64,000 nt of DNA, from assembly GCA_951406725.2 (NCBI GenBank), contig OX597815.1, positions 89,218,001 through 89,282,000 on the forward strand. The letters run 5' to 3'. Shown here piece by piece: positions 1-14,156 of the stretch. The notes beneath the pieces were generated by a model, which saw only the letters and a list, made by a program, of their open reading frames with translations, was not told the origin of the DNA and searched no databases. This stretch comes from Octopus vulgaris (Eukaryota). Position 1 is the first letter of the stretch. Each line of letters begins with the position of its first letter. The position numbers were made by a program, and so were the translations under genes.

Positions 1-2018
1 TTCATGTACTTTGAATGACATGCACAAGTATGTTGTTGATGCCAGCATTCATTCCTTAACTTTCTTCATATACATGTCATCCAAAATCATGCACTTTTTC
101 GATGAAGAATATTCTCGAAAACAAAGTTTATTGGGCACATGATAACCAGGCTGCTATTCAACGAAGACATAACAAATATTGTTCTCAAAGATAAAGATTT
201 CTACTTTTTATATACACAGAGAAGGACCTCAAGGTCGTCAAAAATGCTACAACTGGCAATATTTGAAGATCCCTCCATGCACACTCTGTCAGGTAATGGA
301 ATGAATTCCTAAAATTTTCTAACCTGCACTAATTCTCAAGTGTGACAAACATTACAATGCTGCTCAAATCTCTGTTGCTGTAAATAGAAATATACCATTC
401 ATGTAATCACTATATAGGGTTGCCTTTGTATATAAGCGACGTAGACTATATAATTACTTTTTGTAATATTTGTTGTATGTGAATGGAATATGAAATTTTC
501 CCTACTTAAAATTGTGACAATTTTTCTACTCTTCTATAATTTTAATTCCGTTCACCAAATGATCGAACTGTCAAATTAACTTCAAGAAAAGACATCACAC
601 CAGCAACTATCGAGCCCATCATTAGAAACTTTGTAAGAAATATCAATGAGCATACCTAAGGAATCAAGGAGCTAATTTCAAAGCGTAGTTAATTTTCATT
701 TTGATTCTGAGAAGTAATGTGTAAATGCCTTTGAAATATCACTTCCTGCTAAAGTTTAAATATTAGAAAGAGTTTATGATATTAACACATTGGTCTTTGT
801 CTTTATTTCTGAAAAGATTCATTTCAACGCGAAAAATTTATTATCGTTTCTCCCGCAAAATATTTGTCGTAACTCTTGACGCGATGCACTTCTTATAGGG
901 TGTGAAAATGGTGTTTATATCTATCCATTGATTTCTCAGACTATACTTATACAGTTTTGTTTCAATGTATTCACAAGAATTGACATTTGTTTTCAGTTAA
1001 TTGTGTTTTACAATCATTGGTTTGATCTATTATTTATAATAAACCGTGTCTTTAATGATAGAATAACAAAATAGTTGAATTATGTCCGAAAACACTTCAT
1101 GTAGTTTCATTGTTTTAACCTTAAGAAGTGTATTGACATCAGTCAGAATTTTACATTTCATTTCTTTTTAACAAATATATATGGAACATATCTGTAATGA
1201 ATACCTTGTACAAGTAGAGCTCGCTTTTTGTACTGTATATGAAATAAAGTTTTGATATCTTGGACAAATGAAATCTCTTGGCAATGCAGTTTCTTGCTCT
1301 GCAATAACCTCCCTTGTTAGATAGTTTCCTCCAACTTGTTCAGTTCATTTCGCTGTAAAGTACTTCGTTTGATTTAAATTAAACTTTGAAAGAAGTTATA
1401 ATTATTATATTAGCTTGCAGGGCTTACAATAAGCCATTGTTTAGGTTTATACAATGTTAAGAGTTACTCGTTTCATAATTGATTTTAGTAATAGGTCTTT
1501 AAGGACAAAGATCATAAAAAAATCCCAACATAATGATAATTGGATTGTAGCCAAGGTTCCAATTATAGGCTATGCATATTGGATGTATACCAAAACAATC
1601 TATCCGGTCTTGAAATTCATTTCGCACGAGTAAACACCAGGTGGATATATTACTATACTACTAGGTGTTCGATATTAAGGAATACATTCAAACATATTTC
1701 ATTATAAATATCCAATTTATGTATTTTTGTCATCTGAAATGAGAGAAGATAAACTAGAATGTTATTTTTAGTGCACATAAAAATTTTGTTAGTGTAATCA
1801 TTAGATATCTGAGATTTAATATTTTCTAAATTTGTTTTAGAAAATAATTAGATGTAAAGATTTAAATTTGGTTAGACACTTGTAAAACCTGAATTATGGA
1901 TCCAATTGAAAATCTTATGAGATTTTCCACAGGGAAACGCAAATATCAAAGTAGACGCAGAATATTTTCTTATGAAAGATTCCATTAAATTTAGCTTTCT
2001 AAACGTTCACATACTCTT

Positions 2019-2365
2019 ATGTGTGTGTGTGTTTGTGTGTGTATGTGTGTGTGTTTGTGTGTGTGTGTGTGCGTGCGCGTGTGTGCATATCTATATATGT
2101 ATAATCTGCAAATATGCATATGATGCATATATGCACATATATATATTTATGTAAGTGTATATAAATGCAAGCATGCACACACTCATGCATCTAAATAAAT
2201 ACATATACTTACGCACACAACTATCTATTACTTTCTCATATATATATGTACATACATACACACACACACACACATATATATATATATGTATACATATATA
2301 CACACACATATGTACACACTCACATACACATATATACACACACATGCATATCTATATATATATAA
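2019..2365. repeat. compound (TG)n/(TA)n/(CA)n microsatellite
   Basis: Directly visible dinucleotide runs; source of the spurious CV/YI/HT ORFs. Confidence 0.95.
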
Positions 2366-4284
2366 TTAAAAGAAAACAAATATTTAAGATGATCCGAAAC
2401 GATATTTCTTCAGAAAAGAATGTAAAAAATCCTATATAAAATGCATTAAATTTTCATAATGATTTCGGAACATTTCACAGAAATTTATATTTTATTATCC
2501 TGCTCAGTTTTCTTTGCTACTTCGTATTTGACGTTTTCAATGTAGCTTATAAAAATCGCGAGAAAATATCATATCTGGCTGGTTAAAATACAGCAACTGC
2601 CTAATTGGTGTGGTAAATACGCTTTCAGCAAAATATTGATTTCTTTCATAGTTATAAAGTCTTATATACAGAGAAGGGGAAGGGAAATATATGTTACCAA
2701 ACTTTCACATTTAACTAGAAGTAAACGCAGAAAAGGGAAAATGATTTAAAACCGTAATCTACAAAGTATGTTGATTTGGCTCACATGACACCCGTTTCTG
2801 ATCTAGGATCCTAATCTAGTCTAAACTAATATCATTGTGCTATATACAGGCACGGCAGTCATCGTGTCTAACTATAACACGATAATATTAACAGATAAAC
2901 TACAGGGCCAGAATGGAACGGCGGAGACATATTGGTGGAATAAAAGTATTTTATGATCCATATCTAAACGAAAGTTGATGCCAATCAAAAATTCTAATTT
3001 CAGTATGCAAAAATTTAATTTAGTGTATTACACACGAAGGCGTCGAAACGTCACACTTTTTCTATAATTTACATTGTTGTTCTTAGGGTAAAGAAATATC
3101 ACCAATCAAAGTAGCCTGAGCTTTCAAGTCAAGGAAATATGATTTTAGCATTCCGCTAATTTATTATGCTAATATAATCAGTAAAATATGAATGTCAGTA
3201 ACATTTTCTCATCTATTAAAGAACAGTATTTTGCATCTTATAAAAATTAGACTTTGAAAAATAATCATGTTAGCTTTCATTTACCAATTTCCCTTTCCAT
3301 TTTAGGTCATATCACTTGGCCTATACCATTAATTGTCCTAGAAGAGACATGAAGCTAAGATAATCAAATTATTTCACTAAACCTTGTACCTTTGACCATA
3401 TTAAGAAATCACGTATGACACGAATTAAGATATATTCTGATATAAAGTTCTTCTGATATTCCCTCCCAACACCTCTTATATCAGACGTACACACACATAC
3501 ATAAATACTGACGCGCACATGTACACATACACTACGTATATGTATTCAAGTAATTATCTCTGAGTATCCTCATTATTAATATTTCGGTATTACGAGAAAC
3601 TTCTTAGGTATATCGGAACATTTAAAATATATATTGAAACTAATTAGACTCATGACACATTTCCAGTTGACAGTCGATCTATATTTGCTTATTGATCTTT
3701 ACTAAAAGCTTGTATATATTTATTTCCAGCATTGAATATTGATTTATATTAATAGAATATACTTGTTCATATTCATTTACTAGCATCTAAAAAGTGGTCT
3801 CATGATGTGCATTTACCAATTTATGACAATATGATTTCCTAATTTTTTCTGAACTAAATAAAACTGGTTTGAATATCACGCACACAGCCATGATTATTTT
3901 ATGTTCCTAATAAATATTGGTTTAATATAATCATGTATATATGTTTATATAATGATTCGACTGTACCTCTGAGAGTAAATATCACCAAAGTTGTGTCTAC
4001 ATTGGTTATATTAATTTGAACACTAATTAAACAAGTATTTATGTGTAAATAGAAGCTTGAATTTCAATGATTATATTTACTGAAACTTCATGGCACTTTC
4101 GGATATTAAAGTGAACTGTGCACCATAAAATAAAAGAATATTCATAGAAGAAACATGCAATTCGATACTTGTTTAGCGATGGCATGCATGCCTTACACTG
4201 ATATCATTTGTGGATCCGTCCAAATTTATGAAAATTGTACAAAAGTACCTGATTTGCATAATAAATAAGTGCACGCACACACGT

Positions 4285-4326
<42 letters not shown>

Positions 4327-4363
4327 ACACATAAATAAAATGTTAAGTTTATGTTCAGTTATA

Positions 4364-4575
4364 ATGGTTTCAAATTTTGGCACAATGCCAGGAATTTCGG
4401 AGAAGGAGACAAGTCGATCACATCAACCCCAGTATTCAATTGGTACTTATCGGTGCCGAAAAGAGGAAAGGCTAAGTTGGCTTCAGCAGAATTTGAACTT
4501 TGAAGTTTAAGGCGGATGAAATGTCACTAAGCATTTTCTCCAGTGTGCTAACGATTCTGCTAGCTGACCGCCTTA
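4364..4575 (-). mobile_element. tRNA-derived SINE, family A (diverged)
   Basis: Reverse complement reads TAAGGCGGTCAGCTAGCAGAATCGTTAGCAC...GTTCAAATTC...GTACCAATTG...GTGCCAAAATTTGAAACCA; colinear with copies at 9432, 49719, 55892 and 56127. Confidence 0.85.
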
Positions 4576-5673
4576 TTTTAAAGTATAATAAAAACAATTT
4601 TACAGTAGGCTGATGGGTTATTCTACACTTTGGTGGAATACAAATTTATGATTCTTAAACAATGTTGACTGTGACCTCGAAGTTGTAGCTTGTTAAAGCC
4701 TTGTGAGGTTTTGTTCTAATAAATCGTATCACATTCTAAAGTTCATGGACCAAATTCTGAACCGAGACAGCGAACTAGTCCTTTCATATAAGCACATATC
4801 TTAAAATCACTAAAGCACTTCAAGTCAATATTCTTTTCTAGCGGCTAAACTTGTCACCACTTCCCTTTATCCACATACACGATTATCTATCCCCATGAAA
4901 TAAAAAAAACACAGACAAACTCTCTTAGCACTAAACACTTTTACAGCTTTGCACAAAACAGGTACTCTAGAAATTATAAAAATCTTTCCCTCTCTCCAAC
5001 CAGCATCCCCACAAAAGATATTCTAATATAACGACACGAACTTACACAAGCATAAAAAAATGTATATTCTATGCAAGAAAACTGATAGACCCCTCACCTA
5101 GCTTCTTCGTCCTTTTTTTTTCATTAATTTTTTTTATGTTTATTCCCATTTTCATATATGAATATATACATACCTACTATAATTCTACAACATATGTAGA
5201 ACAAAAAAAAAACTAACTGCATTAAACACGGAGATTAAAATCTCTATATACTAATCAAATCGTATATAGAACAATGAACAACTAGGTACAAACACACATA
5301 TCTATAACCTTATCCAAATACGTTTATGAACATAAAAGCACAAGGAAAACAATTTTCTATACTAACAAAGCCATGATGTGCTTGTCAAATAACTCCAAAC
5401 TTACAATTGAAAACAAGAAAAGCTTTAAATAATTACAAGAACCGACCAACATTACCATCTGACCTACATTCTCTCAAGCAAAAAGTTGACACACACAATT
5501 ACCACGATCATAAACTCTGAACTTTGTACCTTTCACCTATACATTGTCAAAGCAAAGGTTTAAAAATTCAATAAACCAAATGCCACAAAAATACTGTTCC
5601 ATTAAAAAAATAAACACCTACAGGCTTGCTTAAAAATGTTCTAGATATATGAATAACTTGGATTCGTTTGCGC

Positions 5674-5707
<34 letters not shown>

Positions 5708-6066
5708 TTAGATATATACGTATATATACATACATGAACATATATGCGTGTGTATGTGTATGTGTGTATGTGTGTGTATGTTTCTCAACATGCATGTATG
5801 CTGTTAAGCATGTTTTTTTTAACTAAGATGTCAGGTATGACCATGCCCAGCAATATAGAGACGTAATTGTTGGCACATGTGCCCAGTCATTTACTACTTG
5901 TCTCTCACAATATTTGAAAGCACATTCAAGACTTGAAAAGTTATTCGTATGTTTAAAATATAGTTTGTCTTTCGGTGGAACTAATTTTCTTATACACCTG
6001 AAACTAAATTTGATAACGGGAAGAAAACTTTCGAAATATTAGTCTAGATTTAGGCTAATGTATATA

Positions 6067-6122
<56 letters not shown>

Positions 6123-6246
6123 AGAGAGACAGAGAAAGACAGAAACAAAGAAAATGCCACTTGTATTTGAACACTATACAAATATTCTTTTTTAAAAAAA
6201 CTTTTCTTTTAATTTTTCTAAATTTAATTATTTAATTAATAGAGTT

Positions 6247-6468
6247 GAGCGAAAACACCTAAAAGCTCCACGTGGCTCCGGCAGGGGTTGGTGATCCCTG
6301 CTATACTCTTTCACCACTCTTTCTCCCACTGCTTCTTCTGCTGGCCTGCTCGCTTTGCCAGCGGGGTGGCGTCATTCGAAGGCTAAAACAATGCGAACGA
6401 ATTGTGACCAGCGATGTGTGACTACATCTGATGGACTGGTCGGTCACGTGATCATATGGTCACGTGAT
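6247..6468 (+). mobile_element. 5'-truncated SINE, family B body with a distinct 3' tail
   Basis: GAGCGAAAACACCTAAAAGCTCCACGTGGCTCCGGCAG...TACTCTTTCACCAC is shared with the 22521 and 54702 copies. Confidence 0.75.
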
Positions 6469-7001
6469 ATATATGTATATATATATACAGAGAGAGAGTG
6501 AGAGAGACAGAGACAGACAGACAGAGAGTAAAAAACAGTACCATGAACATGTGCATGCGTGTATTTTAAAGCTATTACCAAAACCGAATTATTTTTCAAA
6601 TATTGGAACATGATATGCAAATTAGTAAGTTAAAATGATATCTTAGGAAAACGTGTTTTATGCAAAACCATTCTCGAAACTACAATAAGACAAAACTTGG
6701 TTATAATAACTTATTTTAGATACTTCAAGCCTCTTAAGCTATCCTGTGACTTGGCGAAGTTTGCATATTCTATACAGAGTGTATTTTATGAATTATGTTC
6801 ATTTCAGTTAAACAAAAATCCCGTTTAACCATTATCCAAATATAATTGTATCCTGAAGAGATACTGAAAGTAATTAAACTATATACCTATATATAATCAT
6901 TAAATAAAATAGTAAAATGTTTATTCATTATACTGAGAGGAATTTAAAAGCATTTTAGTCGTGAAATAAGTATGAACATTTCCAAATATGAATAATATAT
7001 G

Positions 7002-7391
7002 TTTATTACCTCCGCCTAAGCCAAGGCGGAGGTATTGTTTTCAGTCATTTTGTTTGTTTATCCGTGGACAAGTTATCTCAAGAACCGCTGGATGGATTCA
7101 GATGAACCTTTCAGGGATATTTGGCCTCGTTATTGGCGCGAACTGATGAGATTTTGGATCGATCCGTTTCTGGACAAAGATTCTGGATTATTTCTTTTAT
7201 TGATTCTGGATTATTTCATTTTTTTTACTTAATTTTCGAGAGTGGTCGGGTTCATTTTTAGTATTCTCGTGTGTGAGAGTAGTCGAGTTTATTTTAGATA
7301 TTTTCATTTAAAAAACCCCCATCTCCAGCTAATCGTTGAGAGGACTTTGGTGTTGCCTTGGCGGGGTTTGCGCTGTTTGAGTGCTCTTGTT
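7002..7391 (+). mobile_element. non-autonomous Helentron/HINE-like element
   Basis: Starts TTATTACCTCCGCC with hairpin TACCTCCGCCT-AAGCCA-AGGCGGAGGTA. Ends with the subterminal inverted copy TTGGCGGGG, then a GCGCT..GAGTGC stem-loop and TT. This is the typical Helentron terminal layout. Confidence 0.75.
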
Positions 7392-7561
7392 ACTATTAAT
7401 ATGCTATCAAAAGCATATCGGGAGACAGTCTATGCCATCTGGTATAGAGGAGCGTATAAAACTCAATTCCAGATGATACATTCTATGTCATTTGGACGTT
7501 GAAGAGAATAATCTTGGATAGAAACTGAAATATTTATGACGGCAAACACATCTTTTATCTC

Positions 7562-7675
7562 TTCCTTCTTTCATTTGCTGGACTGCGACAGCGGCTTTAG
7601 TGGGACACCGCCTTGAAGGGTTTTGTCAAACAAATCGATCGCAGTACTTATTTTTTTAAAGCTGGGTACTTATAG
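7562..7675 (-). mobile_element. 3' fragment of SINE family C (diverged)
   Basis: Reverse-complement similarity to 61500-61610 (ATAAGTAC...CGATTTG...AAGGCGGTG). Confidence 0.5.
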
Positions 7676-8287
7676 ATAGAGATGGATGTGCATCTGTATA
7701 TGTGTGTATGTGCATATACATACGTATAATATGCATATATGTGAATATACAAATATTTAAATACATACGTACATATACATATACATACGTATATAAATAT
7801 AATATATATATGTGTGTGTGTGTGCGTGTGTGTGTGTTTCTTTATATTCATATATATATGCATATGCGTGTATGCATATATAGATACATATTTATATCTA
7901 TATGTATATATAGGCATGTATATATGTGTGTATGTGCTTATGTGTATATATGTATGTGTTTGTGTGTGTATGTGTATGCGTGCACACGTACAATGCAGGT
8001 AATACTTCTAATTAATTTTTTCCCAAATATTGAATACGGTAATATTTCGTGTCCCTGAAAATAAGTGCAAGCATAATTTACTTCACCCCAATGTGTGAAT
8101 ATCAAGAGATTCATATTTTGAGTGTTTTTACGACAAATATTTTATGGCGTATTTAAATATATTTCCATATAGAAAATGGAGGCAGTTGCTGAAGATTAAA
8201 TGCTCCCTAGATTAAATACTTCTTTAGCGAATACATGTAATCAACGTTACTCATGTTTTTTACACTATAGTTATAGTTAGAGAAAAA

Positions 8288-9410
8288 TACGTAAGTAAAA
8301 AAAGTTGATGCACTCTTGTTTCTGTAATTTATTAAAACAAAAGCAGAGGTTGAACAATTACATCATCTTTCTACATAGTCTCCTTGCTTTTCGATGCATT
8401 CCTTCCAGCAGTCCTGAGGTTTGCTTATTCCAATCAGAGAAGGTTTACGGCTTGTCGCGCAGTCATTTATGCACTGCTTCTTGTGCTTCTTCATCCGTAG
8501 CAAATCGACGATCGCGTAAAGGAGAATGCGTGATCCAAAGAGGTGTTAGTCAGAAGGGAAGATTTCTAGACTGTATGTAGAGTGTTGCAGCAGCGCGAAG
8601 CCCAATTTTTCAATGGTTTCAACTGTGTCGGGGATAGTAGATCACCGTGCATTTTCGTGGTCAGCAATTCATTGTAGACCCACATTTCCAAGTAATGTTC
8701 CAGTATGAACTCTTTTGTGTGCCAAAAAAGATGAGTATCACTTTTTGTGCGAAAGTTTCAGTCTTGAATTTCTTTCACTCTGGTGATTTTGTGTGTTTTC
8801 TTTCCATCAGCTGTCTTTTGGATTCTGGTTCAAAGAGATGAACCCAAGTCTCATCTCTGTCTCATATTGTCCCAATACAGATTCGCCTTCATCGTTGAAA
8901 CGGTCGAGTTAACATTGACAGATCTCCACAAGATTGCGCTTATATATTTCAGTAAGATCTCTTGGCATTCATCTCGCACAGTCTTTATGAAAGCGGAGCT
9001 TGCCGTGGATGATTTCGTATAGAGAACAACCTATCGACGATCATTTGTCGGTTGGCCGGAACCATCTCTTGAGCTTGTTGAATCTTCACGTCAGTGATGG
9101 ACGTTGATGGATATGTGGCTCTCATTCTGTGCTCCACGCTCGTCCGACCATTCTTAATCTTTTCGACCCACTCATACACACTTGTACGCAATAGAACACT
9201 GTCTCCATATTGTACTGAAAGCCTGCTATGAATGTCAGCACGTGAACCAGCTTCAGACTAGAGAAATGGGATTATTGACCTTTATACATCCTTGGTGCAT
9301 ACTGTCAGCGGAACGGCCATGTTTAATCCGTTACACACGAACAATATCTGGATTGATCAAGGTCAAACCTCAGTTATGTAACCATAAGCGCATCACTTTT
9401 TAGCACGCGA
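8288..9410 (-). mobile_element. decayed mariner (Tc1/mariner) transposon
   Basis: ORF 8985-9191 SVYEWVEKIKNGRTSVE..PSTSITD is a mariner HTH. The C-terminus WKECIEKQGDYVE lies near 8370-8410. Degenerate TIRs: AAAAAGTTGATGCAC / GCGCATCACTTTTT. Confidence 0.85.
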
Positions 9411-9431
9411 GCGCTGAAGGCTGTGAGGCCA

Positions 9432-9666
9432 ACCTATTTCTTTATTACCCACAAGGAGCTAAACACAGAGGGGACAAACAAGGACAGACATAGGTATTAA
9501 GTCGATTACATCGACCCTAGTGCGTAACTGGTACTTAATTTATCGACCCCGAAAGGATGAAAGGCAAAGTCGACCTCGGCGGAATTTGAACTCACAACAT
9601 AACGCAGACGAAATACCGCTAAGCATTTCGCCCGGCGTGCTAACGTTTCTGCCAGCTCGCCACCTA
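9432..9666 (-). mobile_element. tRNA-derived SINE, family A
   Basis: Reverse complement has a B-box (GAGTTCAAATTCC) and central GCCTTTCATCCTTTCGGGGTCGATAAATTAAGTACCAG; matches 49719-49940 including the tail. Confidence 0.9.
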
Positions 9667-10317
9667 CAGAACGTTTTGGTGAAAGTGTGGATAATTTCTA
9701 ACACCCCTTGTGCATTTATTTGACTAAGCTAGCTCTCACTAATTGAATAGTTTAGTTAAGGCGGTGAGCTGAGTATAATTGTTAGCCCGAATGTAACGGG
9801 CTATAGTAAAAGTTATTTCCTGAAGGGACTGTATAATTCCAAACCAGGAAAAGGGTACGAAAATGTTTCAACCGCAGAGCAATGTTTGTGATTATATATG
9901 TGCTCAGGGAAGAGAGTATGTGAATCAGTTCAGTCCTGGGTTGAAGCGAATTTACACAGGCCATTAATGCCATTTTCTATAAATCTTCAAGCCGGTGCTG
10001 AAGCAAATCACGAAACCTCTGTTTAATAGAGTTGATTTCACAAGGATGCTTTGCAAGGTATACTTTATTTTTTAACATCCTGTTCTGTCCTTTGATAAGA
10101 TGATGGATACTTGCATAAAATATAATTTAATCACTATTAAGTAATAACGTTATTTGCACTATTTTAAAATTACCTGCATTCCGTGCTGTGAAGCGCCAGC
10201 ACAAGCCTCGCAAAAATTTGCTTTCATAAAAGAGAATCTGAACAAAATAAGCTGTTATTGAAAATAAAACATTGCAAACGACTATTATAAAATATATTAA
10301 TTTTGCCTACATTACTC

Positions 10318-10387
<70 letters not shown>

Positions 10388-12185
10388 TGTGTGTATGTAT
10401 GTATATATGTGCATATATATGTATGTGTGTATGTGTGTGTGTGTGTTTGCGCATATATTAATTTTCTTGTATGTGTATTTCTATATAGATTCTGTATGAT
10501 ATACGAATTCATATAGATTCACTTGTATGAAATGAAATATGTATATTAAAGAAAATCTCTAATTTAAATGTTAAGAACTGACCATAAAAGCTGTCCGAAA
10601 TTATCAAATCTTATTGGAAATATTTCAGTATTTTAGCTTTTAATATTCAAATCAAGAAACACATGAAAATAAAATCAATCATTTGCTTTAAAGATTATAG
10701 AAGTTAAAATCGAGTGTTTGTAAGAAACATATAAACCACACAATCATATCTTTATTAAATCAGCTTCTCGCATAGATTCATAAGTTCTACAATTTTTTTG
10801 GAATAATGTTTCAAAAATTTCTGTTTGAAAGGGAAGTGGTTAAAAAAATGTATACTTTTAAATTCTGAGGAATATATTTTCTTTTTTGAAGTATATTTAT
10901 CCATTATTTTAGCTTCATATATAATACCATGCATTATTCATTTCCATTTCAATTTTGAGTCACGAATTTCTTTTGTATGTTCAAAGAAGCCAAAAGGATT
11001 ATTATTTGAATCAAGCTATCTTCGATGAGCACTGCTACAAACACATCTACATTTGTGAACTTTATTTTAGCAAACCATAACTTTCCGTAAGATATTATTG
11101 CCATAAAATGTAATGATAGAAAACATCATATACGATTCCTCACACATGTTGTTTACTGCAAATAATTCATAGCAGTTCAGTTGTTCATTCATAATTGGAA
11201 AATTCATATCTAACTCATATTCCAAAGTATTCTTCTGTAGAGATATATTCCAGAATATCATCATCGAAATTTCTCATTTTCTAATGCATGTCTATATTGC
11301 AATGAAATTCAACGAAATTCATATCGAAAGTCCTTGTTTTCTTAAGAAAGTATATCAAATTAGCTGTAGCATGTAAAATTCCTGGCAGAATTTAAGGAAT
11401 TTTTCGCTCAAGCATAAATGTCATTCAGAATATATGGAGTTAAATAATTGCAGTCAATTAATGTAGCATAAAAGTATTGTGTTGCAATGAGAAGTATACA
11501 AGTAAGCAAGCAAGAAATCTGGATATGGTAGTATAAGTAATATAATATTTTATATATGCCTATATATTATATATAAAGTATATTAAAGTAATTGTATTCA
11601 GGAAAAGAGTATTGTCAATTTATATATCTGTTACTTAAAATATATATATTTTCATTCTCTGCGGACAATACACCCAATACATCTTTGCTTACTTGCTTAT
11701 TTACGTGCCTTTCTCCCATTCCAACACACCAATCCTGCGATTCTAACTTTGCATACATACATACCTATATACATATGTACATACATACACACATACATAT
11801 ACGTGCATACATACGTAATATAAGCATACATACATACACAGACTCACACACCAAACACACACACATGTATAAACAATAACACAGATGATAGATGATATTT
11901 CACCACGCTCAGAACCTCTCCTACGTTGGATATTGAGCCTATAATCGACTGTGGGATACGTACCATAAGTGTACTCTTGTGTGACTTAGCGTACACGTGT
12001 TTTCAGTCAGTATTTGTTAATGTGTGCATATATCTCGAGGGACAAATCTTTATTTACTTTCGTAAGCACATGTGTGTCCATACGCAGTATATCTATACAG
12101 TGTTTCCATACACATAGTGCACATTTGTCTTATCCCTGATTTTACCTTGGTGCCTTAGCTATTTTAGCTTGATTCTATCGAACCC

Positions 12186-12221
<36 letters not shown>

Positions 12222-12227
<6 letters not shown>

Positions 12228-13144
12228 AATCCAAACAGGAAACAAAAAAACAACAACAATGGAACAATTACAGTATTATTATTAATAGGCGCTCAGGAAA
12301 TGGAAGCAGGGAGGTATGACGTTTCGAGCGGAGCTCTTCGTCGGAAACATAAAGAAGGAAGAGAGAGGAAAGAAAGATCCCGGAGCGGGCAACGGAGATA
12401 GAGAAAAAAACGACTGGTGTTAGGAGTTACACATGGTGAAAGGCGGATGTTTACGATAACAAGAGCAAAGTGGGTTTTAAAGGCAAAAGAGTGGAGACAA
12501 GGTTGGTAACGCAACAGATGTGTGTGTATGTGTGAGTGTGTGCGTGTGCGTGTGTGTATGTGTGTGTGTGAGGCGAGATAAAAAAACAAAAAATATATGT
12601 ATGTGTTAGTGTGTGCGTCTGTGTGTAGGCGTGTGAGGTAGGGCGAGACGGTGGTCAGCATAGCAGCAGCATAGCAGACAAAGGTCAGTAGTAAGAAAAG
12701 GGAGGAAGGAGGAAGGGAGGGAGGGGAAGGGGTGGGGGCGTATGTAGCGTAGCAGCGTGTGTTGAGTAGTAGTGTGTGTGTGTGTCCAGTGTCGTGGTAG
12801 TATTAGTGGCGAGTAGATTGAATGTGTGTAAGTGTAATGTATATGTTTAAGCAATGTGTGTATATGTGTGCGCGTGTGTGTAACGAAAAAAAGGGGGGGT
12901 TAAGGAAAAGGACTCCAGCGGAGGGGAAGATGGAAGAGTGGTCCCGCGGAGACGGGCGTGGGAAAACCCAACGACAAGCGACATCCCAGGAACGGGCGGG
13001 AGGTCTCGTCGGGTCCAAGGGCGCGGTGCATGCGGCGCGCATGCGTGCGCGAACCGGCGCAAGCGCGTGTGTGCGCGCGCCTGCGAGTGTGCGCGTACGT
13101 ATGTGAGTATGTGTGTATATATGTGTGTGCATAGATGTATGTCC

Positions 13145-13175
<31 letters not shown>

Positions 13176-13330
13176 AGTGTGTATGTATGTGCGTGTGGGT
13201 GTGGGGAAGTGTGTGTATGTGCATGTGTGTGCGCGAACATACAGGTGTGTGAGTGAGTGCGTGTGTGTGTATGTATGTGTGAGTGTGTATGTATGTGTGT
13301 GTAGGATGCATGTATGTGTATGGGTGTATG
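12222..13330 (-). mobile_element. non-coding PLE-derived/retrozyme-like element with HHR, GC/CpG-rich body and TG-rich end
   Basis: Abuts (TA)n at 12222 and contains an HHR-like motif at 12313-12349. The ACAG..TATTA..GGCGCTCAGGAA block resembles the 17463 family. The right boundary is lost in microsatellite. Confidence 0.6.
12313..12349 (-). ncRNA. minimal hammerhead-like motif (U4C core variant)
   Basis: Minus strand: GTTT-CCGACGA-A-GAGC-TCC-GCTC-GAAAC-GTC-ATAC; stem I is weak. Confidence 0.55.
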
Positions 13331-13351
13331 TATACATACATACATACATAT

Positions 13352-13393
<42 letters not shown>

Positions 13394-13407
13394 CTTATCT
13401 ATATATC

Positions 13408-13446
<39 letters not shown>

Positions 13447-13475
13447 GTATATACATATATGTATATATATAAATG

Positions 13476-13534
<59 letters not shown>

Positions 13535-13535
13535 A

Positions 13536-14156
13536 TACAATATGTTACATTACTCGGTAGTCAAGATAAAACTCTGAGTTTCAGATGCCGAAGTGGAAAT
13601 CCACAACACCATCTCTTCGGTTATCTGGCTATTTGAAAACGTTATGAAAAAATACCGTTAAAAATGAAGGGAAATTACTCTGTTATAACTCTGCTTTGCC
13701 TGCGTACTTATACATCGCTCGCATTTTTCGTCATAAAAATTATATAAAAATACATAAAAATATATAAAAATATATAAAAATATATAAAATCTTCTTGGGA
13801 CATAACACAGAAAGCATGTTCTATCCGTTTTCTTTAGGGGACCAAAAACGTAACAGAAATTTAGTCACATGTGGGCATGAACCGAAAAGCTCTGTCCTTG
13901 TATTTAGACATGTGGTAGGGTCTAAGCTGCTTTTCCAGATAAGCCATCTCTCCATGTCGCATAAACCGCACCTTCCGCTGCCGTTAGTGTAGGGCTTACA
14001 TCTGGCCAAAATCTTCCATTGTATGTTATAATCGACACCTTTATCTCTTAAAGACCAAATATGATTGGATAATTGTGTCGCTTTTCTTTTGTTCCAGTGC
14101 CTAAAGCTCAAAGTGTGGTTATTGAACCTGGCCTTGAAATTACCATATACATACAT
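13536..14156 (-). mobile_element. 3' end of a Penelope-like element: C-terminal half of GIY-YIG endonuclease plus pseudo-LTR
   Basis: ORF 13821-14156 FKARFNNH..SF..TQLSNHIW.L..IQWKIL..CGLC..E..LNTRTEL..CPH, followed by a 10-mer tandem (13733-13790), an HHR and (TA)n. Confidence 0.85.
13564..13626 (-). ncRNA. type I hammerhead ribozyme-like motif (U4C variant)
   Basis: Minus strand: AGATAA-CCGAAGA-GATG...CATC-T-GAAAC-TCAGA-GTT-TTATCT. Stem I is a perfect 6 bp; stem III ACTC-A-GAGT. Confidence 0.7.

Noticed and set aside
545-660. FKK..SNYR.PI resembling a CR1/L2 RT start
   Set aside because: Needs a frameshift and no further RT motifs were found.
3030-3056. ACGAAGGCGTCGAAACGTC hammerhead-like stub
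   Set aside because: Core incomplete and no room for a stem II loop; not counted.
4695-4775. CTTGTGAGGTT...AACCGAGAC possible decayed HHR; similar weak hits at 33625, 39722, 40067 and 61073
   Set aside because: Both core segments mutated or stems I/III not supported.
11067-11264. 65-aa ORF in unique sequence
   Set aside because: No motif or homology recognisable; expected by chance.
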